The position numbers and the translations under genes were made by a program. Below are positions 26,996-32,000 of a stretch of 32,000 bases of DNA, piece after piece; the stretch's first letter is position 1, and each line of letters opens with the position of its first letter. Source of the stretch: Delftia acidovorans NBRC 14950 (GTDB lineage Bacteria; Pseudomonadota; Gammaproteobacteria; Burkholderiales; Burkholderiaceae_C); contig NZ_BCZP01000031.1 in NCBI RefSeq assembly GCF_001598795.1, forward strand, positions 20,982 to 52,981. The letters are read 5' to 3'. The notes under the pieces were generated by a model. The model did not search any database. It was not told the origin of the DNA and worked only from the letters and a program-made list of their open reading frames with translations.

Positions 26996-27688
26996 ATGAC
27001 TGCTTCCCTTTCAAAAACAAGAATATCCGCGTCCAAATACCATGATGATTCCTTGCTGCGGCTTTGGAATTGGGCTTTGTTGGCGGGACTGGTATTGAGC
27101 TTTCCCCTGAGCTTTGTATTGCCGCAAAGCCTGAGCTGGGAAAATGGATTCCTGGAGAATATCCAGGCCGTGACCCTGCTGCTGGGCATGGTGGCGGCCC
27201 TGGTTGCGGCGCGGCGGCAAAAGGGCTCCTTTGCAGCGCCACTGTGGTGGATCGCCTCCCTGTTCTGGCTGGCCTTTCTGGGGCGTGAACTGGCCTGGGG
27301 CGCGGCTTTCCTGCCCAGCCTGGAGGCTGGCAGGTGGGGGCCGGTGATCAGCTCCCAGGTGCTGTGGTACCGGCCCGCCGTCAAATGGGTGGTGGGTGCC
27401 ATGCTGCTGCTGTGCTGCTATTGGTTTGTGCGCCACGGTGTCTGGAAAAAGGTCATCAAGCGCCTGGTGCGCGAGAATGCGCTGCCGATATTCAGTCTGG
27501 CGATATTTGTCGCGGCCATGGTGATATCCACCAATGCGGAAGGTCATGGTTTCATTGTCCTGCAGCAATGGTTTGATTATCAGGTGATCGTGCTGGAGGA
27601 GCTGGTGGAGACCTTTGGCTATATGGCACTGTGGCTGGCACAGTGGGCGCTGGTCAGGTATGTTGCTGGCTGGCGGGAAGATATTTGA
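26996..27688 (+). CDS. hypothetical polytopic membrane protein (about 230 aa, about 6 TM)
   Basis: Hydrophobic segments LWNWALLAGLVLSFPLSFVL, AVTLLLGMVAALVAA, LWWIASLFWLAFLG, WVVGAMLLLCCYWFV, IFSLAIFVAAMVIS, FGYMALWLAQWALV. The ATG at 26996 is preferred over the TTG at 26948. No family recognised. Confidence 0.6.
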   Translation: MTASLSKTRISASKYHDDSLLRLWNWALLAGLVLSFPLSFVLPQSLSWENGFLENIQAVTLLLGMVAALVAARRQKGSFAAPLWWIASLFWLAFLGRELAWGAAFLPSLEAGRWGPVISSQVLWYRPAVKWVVGAMLLLCCYWFVRHGVWKKVIKRLVRENALPIFSLAIFVAAMVISTNAEGHGFIVLQQWFDYQVIVLEELVETFGYMALWLAQWALVRYVAGWREDI

Positions 27689-27858
27689 GCCAATATTGAT
27701 CAAACCGGCCGTCTGCATATTCCCGGTGTAATGGGGCAGATTCAGGGGCCGGTAAGTCGCCAGTAAGACGCAATCGGGGAGCATGGCCGTTTTCCCCGAA
27801 GGTTTGCTGCTCTCGCGGCGGACCGACGGAGCCTGAAACGACAGAACGTGCCATCGCA

Positions 27859-28359
27859 ATGCAAGCCTCCATCTACCAGGACGTGATAGGTATCCAGGCG
27901 GCGGGCCAGGCGTATTCCCTGGGTTCGCGCTTCCAAGAATGCAGCCAGCACCGTGCAGTGCGGCTGGAGACGATCTTCGAGCTGCTCATCCTCAAGTTCC
28001 GCGAGGACCTGCTGCAGGCGCTGGCCGAGGAGCCGCCAGGCCCTGCGCGCCACCTGCGCGCCTACGTGCGCTGCGTCTGCGAGCATGCCCTGTCCCGCCA
28101 GCGCGGCCAGAAGACGGCCGCACAGTTGCTGACCCGCGCAAGATTCCAGAACATATGGTTTGATTTCGTGGACGCGGCCTGCGCCGACGATCTGGTGTCC
28201 GAGGACATTGCCCTGCAATGCCGCGCCATGGTCGAGGACCTGTGGGTCATCCATGTGCTGGTCGAGCCCATGGCGCCGCAGCGCATCACCGGGATCAGGG
28301 AGCATTTGCTGTCCCTGTGCGGCAACGACGGAAACCATGAATCGCATCGCATTAATTGA
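27859..28359 (+). CDS. hypothetical 166-aa protein; faint resemblance to the C-terminal (ligand-binding) half of TetR-family regulators, no HTH recognised
   Basis: High GC3 in this frame supports coding. It overlaps the next gene's start by 23 nt. The TetR-like impression (RLETIFELLILKFREDLLQAL...HLRAYVRCVCEH) is weak. Confidence 0.45.
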   Translation: MQASIYQDVIGIQAAGQAYSLGSRFQECSQHRAVRLETIFELLILKFREDLLQALAEEPPGPARHLRAYVRCVCEHALSRQRGQKTAAQLLTRARFQNIWFDFVDAACADDLVSEDIALQCRAMVEDLWVIHVLVEPMAPQRITGIREHLLSLCGNDGNHESHRIN

Positions 28360-29023
28360 GGACCATGCCAGGCTGGCCACGCTGGTCAGCCGCTCGCTGG
28401 CCAACTCCGGCATAGAGACCGATGTCTTCCACCAGATCTCCACGGCCTGGCTGGCCCTGCAGGACATCGACTACGGCGTCATCGTCATCGACCGCGGCCT
28501 GCCCGATGGCGACGGCCTGCAACTGGTGCAGCGCCTGCGCGCCGCAGGCCGCTCCACGCCCTGCCTGATGCTCACGGCCCGTGACGCGCTCAGCGACCGC
28601 GTGGGCGGCCTGGAGGCCGGTGCCGACGACTACCTGACCAAGCCCTTTCCCATGGAAGAACTGATTGCCCGCGTGCGCGCCCTGCTGCGCCGCCCGGCCC
28701 TGGTGCAGGAGCTGGCGCCGCAACTGGGCGACATCAGCATCAGCCCGCAGCAGGCGTGCATGCACTGCGCGGGCTCGGCCATCGCGCTGCCGCCGGCGGA
28801 GCTGCAGATCATGCTCAGCCTGGTGCGCAAGGCCGGCGCCACGGTGCGCCGCTCCACGCTGGAGGCGGCGGCCTGGGGCATGAGCAGCGTGGTCACGCCC
28901 AACGCCCTCGATGTGGCCCTGCACCGGCTGCGCCGCAAGCTGGCCGCGGCCGGCTCGTGCATGGAAATCGTCAACATCCGGGGTCAGGGCTATGCGCTTC
29001 GCGAACCTTTGCTGGCCCGGTAG
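28337..29023 (+). CDS. OmpR-family winged-helix response regulator
   Basis: MNRIALIEDHARL, VIVIDRGLPDGDG, MLTARD, YLTKPF, C-terminal wHTH ...ALDVALHRLRRKL...IRGQGYAL. Confidence 0.9.
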   Translation: MNRIALIEDHARLATLVSRSLANSGIETDVFHQISTAWLALQDIDYGVIVIDRGLPDGDGLQLVQRLRAAGRSTPCLMLTARDALSDRVGGLEAGADDYLTKPFPMEELIARVRALLRRPALVQELAPQLGDISISPQQACMHCAGSAIALPPAELQIMLSLVRKAGATVRRSTLEAAAWGMSSVVTPNALDVALHRLRRKLAAAGSCMEIVNIRGQGYALREPLLAR

Positions 29024-30407
29024 CCTGCGCTCGCGGCTGCTGGCCGTCTATGGGTTGAGCATGGTGTTCAGCGCGCTGCTGGTCGGCGCGCTGGTGATTC
29101 TTGTCGCCAAGCCCTTCGACAGCTACGCGCTGCAGCGCGGCATGGGGCATGCGGCCGAGAAGCTGGCCGAGTGGGTGAGCTTCGATGCCAAGGGCGTGCC
29201 CCAGGGGTTCAGCGAGCGTGAACTCAAGGCCTGGATGCTGACCAGCCTGGGCGAGGAAATGCAGCTGCGCATCACCGACGCCCGCGGCCGCGTGGTCTTC
29301 GCCCCCAACGGCGAAATGCAGCCGCTGACGCAGACCGGCCAGGGCTTCGACCCCGAGCTCAAGGCCTTTGCCTATGAGCGCGGCGGCGTGGTCATGCGCG
29401 CGGGCACGGCCACGCTGGTCCACGACGGCACGACGTGGCACGTGCAGATAGCCGTCAGCGACCGCATGGTGGACTGGTTGCGCGAATCGGTGGGCCTGCC
29501 CGCGCTGTGGCGCGGCATGGTGGCCATCGGCGTGGTCTTCCTGGTGGTGTTCCTGTTCTCCACGCACCGCACGCTGCAGCGCATGCTCAGGCCGCTGGGC
29601 GTGGCCGCGCAGGATGCCCAGCGCATCACCCCGCAGACCCTGGGCACGCGCCTGCAGCCCAAGGATCTGCCGCGCGAGTTCGCGCCCCTGGTCGAGGCCT
29701 TCAACCACGTGCTGGACCGGCTGCAGGCCGGCTTCAGGAACCAGCAGGAATTCCTGTCCATGGCCGCGCATGAGCTCAAGACGCCTCTGGCCCTGATGCG
29801 CGTGCAGATCGAGCTGGAGCCCGAGGACCGGCGCAGCCCCGAGCTGCTCAAGGACGTGGACCACATGGCCCGCCAGGTCCAGCAGCTGCTGCACCTGGCC
29901 GAGGTCTGCGAGCACCAGCGCTACCGCATGGAAGACATTGCGCCGGCCGACATCATTGGCGAGGTCTGCGACTTCATGGCCCGCGCCTCCGAAAAATGCG
30001 GCGTGCACATCCACTGCGAAGTCAAGGACGGCTCGCCTGCCTGGCGTGCCGACCGGGGCGCGCTGTTCGTGCTGCTCAAGAACCTGATCGAGAACGCCGT
30101 GCAGCACAGCCCGCAGGGCGCCACCGTCACCGTGAAGGCCTGCGGCCTGGGCTTTTCGGTGCTGGACCAGGGCCGTGGCGTGCCGCCCGAGGACCTGCCG
30201 CGCATCTTCGAGCGCTTTTGGCGCAGCAGCGAGCGGCGCGACCTGGGCGCAGGCCTGGGCCTGCCCATCTGCCTGGAGATTGCGCGCGCCCATGGCTGGA
30301 CGCTCACGGCCCTGCCCGGTGCCACGGGGCTGGAGATCCAGGCACGCTTTGCCGGGCCGGTGCAGGAGCCCGCGCAGCCGTTCAACCGCCCAGCAATGCC
30401 TTCTTGA
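28992..30407 (+). CDS. sensor histidine kinase (two TM segments, periplasmic loop, HAMP-like linker, HisKA, HATPase_c)
   Basis: SLRSRLLAVYGLSMVFSALLVGALVILVA (TM1), H-box FLSMAAHELKTPLALM, N-box LLKNLIENAVQHS, G-boxes DQGRGV and GAGLGLPI. The ATG at 28992 overlaps the response-regulator gene by 32 nt, so the start is somewhat uncertain. Confidence 0.85.
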   Translation: MRFANLCWPGSLRSRLLAVYGLSMVFSALLVGALVILVAKPFDSYALQRGMGHAAEKLAEWVSFDAKGVPQGFSERELKAWMLTSLGEEMQLRITDARGRVVFAPNGEMQPLTQTGQGFDPELKAFAYERGGVVMRAGTATLVHDGTTWHVQIAVSDRMVDWLRESVGLPALWRGMVAIGVVFLVVFLFSTHRTLQRMLRPLGVAAQDAQRITPQTLGTRLQPKDLPREFAPLVEAFNHVLDRLQAGFRNQQEFLSMAAHELKTPLALMRVQIELEPEDRRSPELLKDVDHMARQVQQLLHLAEVCEHQRYRMEDIAPADIIGEVCDFMARASEKCGVHIHCEVKDGSPAWRADRGALFVLLKNLIENAVQHSPQGATVTVKACGLGFSVLDQGRGVPPEDLPRIFERFWRSSERRDLGAGLGLPICLEIARAHGWTLTALPGATGLEIQARFAGPVQEPAQPFNRPAMPS

Positions 30408-30978
30408 GCTGATCGTCGGCCGGGTGAGGGCCCAGCCAGATGCCCAGCAGCGCCTGGAAGAACTCGGGCTCCTGGAAGGGCGCGCCCTGGGCCTGGCCCT
30501 TGACGAAGACCTGGGCACCCTGGCCCGGCACCCAGTCCACCGAGAAGTTCTCGCCCGGCAGCAGCTTCTTGTGCTGCGTGAAGATGTCGCTCATGCGCAG
30601 CACGCCGGGCACCAGGCGCGAGAAGCGGGCGCGCTCCATGTTGTCCTCGATGCCGCGCGCGAACAGCTTGCCCAGCTCGGTCGAATCGATCTCGCGCAGC
30701 ATGGTCACGCTCACGCGCTTGGGGCCGGGCAGGGCCGCGATCTCCTGCAGGCTGGCGGCCGGCTTTTCCAGGTACAGGCCCGCCGTGTAGACCTTGAAGA
30801 TGGCCTTGTAGCGAATGCCCGCGCCATTGAGCTGCAGCGTCTGGCCGCCCACCCCCGCCTGGGCGGGATAGGCCACGCCCGCGACGGTGCGCGGCGGCTC
30901 CTGGGCAGTGGCGGCCAGCGGCATCGCCAGCGCCATGGCCAGGGCGGCTGTCTTCATCCAGCGGGGCAAGGCGGTCAT
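30382..30978 (-). CDS. periplasmic chalcone-isomerase-like family protein
   Basis: Signal peptide MTALPRWMKTAALAMALAMPLAATAQE; motifs IFKVYTAGLYL and ALLGIWLGPHPADDQLKKALLGG. AGGAGA RBS lies 5 nt upstream of the ATG at 30978. The 3' end overlaps the convergent kinase gene by 26 nt. Confidence 0.75.
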   Translation of the reverse strand: MTALPRWMKTAALAMALAMPLAATAQEPPRTVAGVAYPAQAGVGGQTLQLNGAGIRYKAIFKVYTAGLYLEKPAASLQEIAALPGPKRVSVTMLREIDSTELGKLFARGIEDNMERARFSRLVPGVLRMSDIFTQHKKLLPGENFSVDWVPGQGAQVFVKGQAQGAPFQEPEFFQALLGIWLGPHPADDQLKKALLGG

Positions 30979-31120
30979 GGTGTCTCCTGCGCGGGGCCTG
31001 TGGCCCGGTTGCGGTTTGTTACGTCCGGGCGACATGTTGTGGGGATCGGGTGGGGGTGGCAACAGGGTTTTCGCGGGCCGATGGAGGGTGGCTATCATCC
31101 TGCTCGGTCCGCTGTTCTTG

Positions 31121-31232
31121 TCGTGGGTGTATGCCCACGGCTCTGCGGTTATGGACGGGATGGGGCTATCCGCGAGGGCGTCCGCACGGCTTTGCACGTG
31201 TTCTTAACATCCCGTCCACCTTGTCTGTGCGT
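31121..31232 (+). repeat. direct repeat copy A (about 110 nt)
   Basis: 31121-31220 aligns without gaps to 31717-31816 with 9 mismatches in 100 nt by manual alignment. It then continues with a 1-nt indel to ...TGTGCGT. Confidence 0.8.
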
Positions 31233-31306
31233 TGCACCGCTGGTTCTCTTTGCAAGCCCCTGTCGGGGCGTTTCTTTTCGAGGCCGGGTTTCGGCCCGGC
31301 GGCCGA

Positions 31307-31338
31307 CTCACTTTCTTGTCTCGCTACAAGAAAGTGAG
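31307..31338. repeat. perfect 13-bp stem hairpin
   Basis: CTCACTTTCTTGT-ctcgct-ACAAGAAAGTGAG. Confidence 0.8.
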
Positions 31339-31389
31339 CAAAGAAAAGCGCCCGAATGTCCGCGACCCCTTCGCTGCGCTGCGGGGCAA

Positions 31390-31529
31390 CCTGCGCCGTG
31401 GCGGTTGCGGGGTTCGCCGTGAAACTCACTTCGCGCTGCGCGCTACGTTCAAACAATCACGGCGAGTCAGATGACGAAGCAGTCCTGTCCTTCGGCAGGA
31501 CTGCAACCCCGCAACCACCACGGCGCAGG
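31390..31529. repeat. nested inverted-repeat structure (25-bp outer stem enclosing an 8-bp stem and an 11-bp hairpin)
   Basis: Outer arms 31390-31414 CCTGCGCCGTGGCGGTTGCGGGGTT and 31505-31529 AACCCCGCAACCACCACGGCGCAGG pair 24/25. Inner pair CGCCGTGA (31415-31422) with TCACGGCG (31457-31464). Hairpin 31479-31504 GCAGTCCTGTC-cttc-GGCAGGACTGC. Confidence 0.8.
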
Positions 31530-31716
31530 CGCTGACATACGGGGAGTGGGGGCGGGCCTTCGCTGTGCTCGGCCTGGGGCTTCGGGGCATTTGCCGTCTT
31601 GAAAGCCTCTATCATTGCGGCGGCCCCCTGTTCAGGGGCTGGTGCGTAAGAACACTTGACTGTTGAGCGGTGCGGCCTCGCCGTTAAGGAGGCCTTGTCA
31701 CGTCTGAATTGTCGGA

Positions 31717-31827
31717 TCGTGGGTGCATGCCCACGTCCCTGCGGTTACGGGCGGGATGGGGCTACCCGCAAGGGCGTCCGCACGGCTCAGCACGTGTTCT
31801 TAACATCCCGTCCACCTGTTTGTGCGT
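31717..31827 (+). repeat. direct repeat copy B (about 110 nt)
   Basis: See copy A. It is followed directly by AAGAACAC, giving GTGCGTAAGAACAC (31822-31835), which also occurs at 31642-31655. Confidence 0.8.
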
Positions 31828-31870
31828 AAGAACACAGACGGGTGGTTCCCGTCTCGCTGAGGAGTAAATC

Positions 31871-31966
31871 ATGTACGTCATGTACGGCACTTCTTTTTCT
31901 GCCTTCCCCTCCACCCATCAAGCGCCCCACGCTGGCGCGTCTGCCGTGGGAGGGGTTGCGCCATGA
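31871..31966 (+). CDS. possible 31-aa leader/small ORF translationally coupled to the next gene
   Basis: GAGGAG lies 6 nt upstream of the ATG at 31871 (MYVMYGTSFSAFPSTHQAPHAGASAVGGVAP*). Its TGA overlaps the next ATG as ATGA. No homology recognised. Confidence 0.3.
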   Translation: MYVMYGTSFSAFPSTHQAPHAGASAVGGVAP

Positions 31967-32000
31967 GTACCGCTTCCACAACCCTGACCCAGCCCACGCC
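31963..32000 (+). CDS. 5' end of an unidentified CDS (MSTASTTLTQPT...), continues beyond the window
   Basis: GGGAGGGG lies 7 nt upstream of the ATG at 31963. Only 12 codons are visible. Confidence 0.35.
   Translation, partial: MSTASTTLTQPT

Noticed and set aside
27742-28467. 241-aa minus-strand ORF overlapping the 166-aa hypothetical gene and the response-regulator start.
   Set aside because: The plus-strand frame has the better GC3 pattern and continues into a translationally linked operon. The minus ORF has no RBS or motifs and would overlap the receiver gene's 5' end.
31081-31422. Protein-coding reading of the 110-nt direct repeats, for example VGVCPRLCGYGRDGAIREGVRTALHVFLTSRPP versus VGACPRPCGYGRDGATRKGVRTAQHVFLTSRPP, including a TTG-initiated 46-codon ORF after AAGGAGG at 31686.
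   Set aside because: Of the 9 nucleotide differences, only 3 are synonymous in the best frame and 2 in the alternative frame, so there is no sign of purifying selection. The RBS-to-TTG spacing is only 2 nt. Copy A's frame has no credible start. I treat the repeats as non-coding, though a small Cys-rich peptide cannot be fully excluded.
1-32000. Search for tRNA/rRNA genes, CRISPR arrays, IS elements, integrases, toxin-antitoxin pairs or known defence-system genes.
   Set aside because: No T-loop-like GGTTCGA motifs in a tRNA context, no regularly spaced short repeats, and no transposase-, recombinase-, nuclease- or ATPase-like ORFs were seen in any frame. The scan was by eye only and should be confirmed with tRNAscan-SE, Infernal, ISfinder and DefenseFinder-type tools.

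Overview
High-GC (about two-thirds G+C by eye) beta-proteobacterial chromosome segment, Comamonadaceae-like (Delftia/Acidovorax/Comamonas type). The taxon is a guess from codon style and gene content. I support 30 CDS. No rRNA, tRNA, CRISPR array, transposase or integrase was recognised. Left to right: (1) the 3' end of rpe with a clean bidirectional terminator. (2) A small secreted protein, a porin, and a Sel1-like protein followed by an orphan CusR/OmpR-type response regulator. (3) A minus-strand catabolic operon (SDR, TRAP DctPQM, split transketolase) with a divergent LysR regulator. (4) A roughly 13-kb signalling block. It holds a PAS-PAS-GGDEF-EAL protein; a tightly coupled operon of stand-alone receiver, receiver-less HD-GYP, periplasmic SBP and multi-PAS histidine kinase; a DUF3391-type HD-GYP; and an MCP divergent from a cheW-MCP pair. 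(5) gph and a fused AdoMet-decarboxylase/spermidine-synthase gene. (6) A module with lower GC3: membrane protein, small HTH-less protein, response regulator, histidine kinase and a convergent chalcone-isomerase-like protein. (7) A roughly 900-bp non-coding, repeat-dense region (31.0-31.9 kb) followed by a small coupled ORF and the start of an unidentified gene. Most worth a second look: the split RpfG-like REC/HD-GYP operon, the AT-rich ATCAAAT motif shared by the signalling promoters, the Sel1 plus atypical orphan regulator pair, and the structured repeat region at the right end. I see no recognisable defence or mobile-element system. All functional calls are motif recognition by eye and need HMM/BLAST confirmation.
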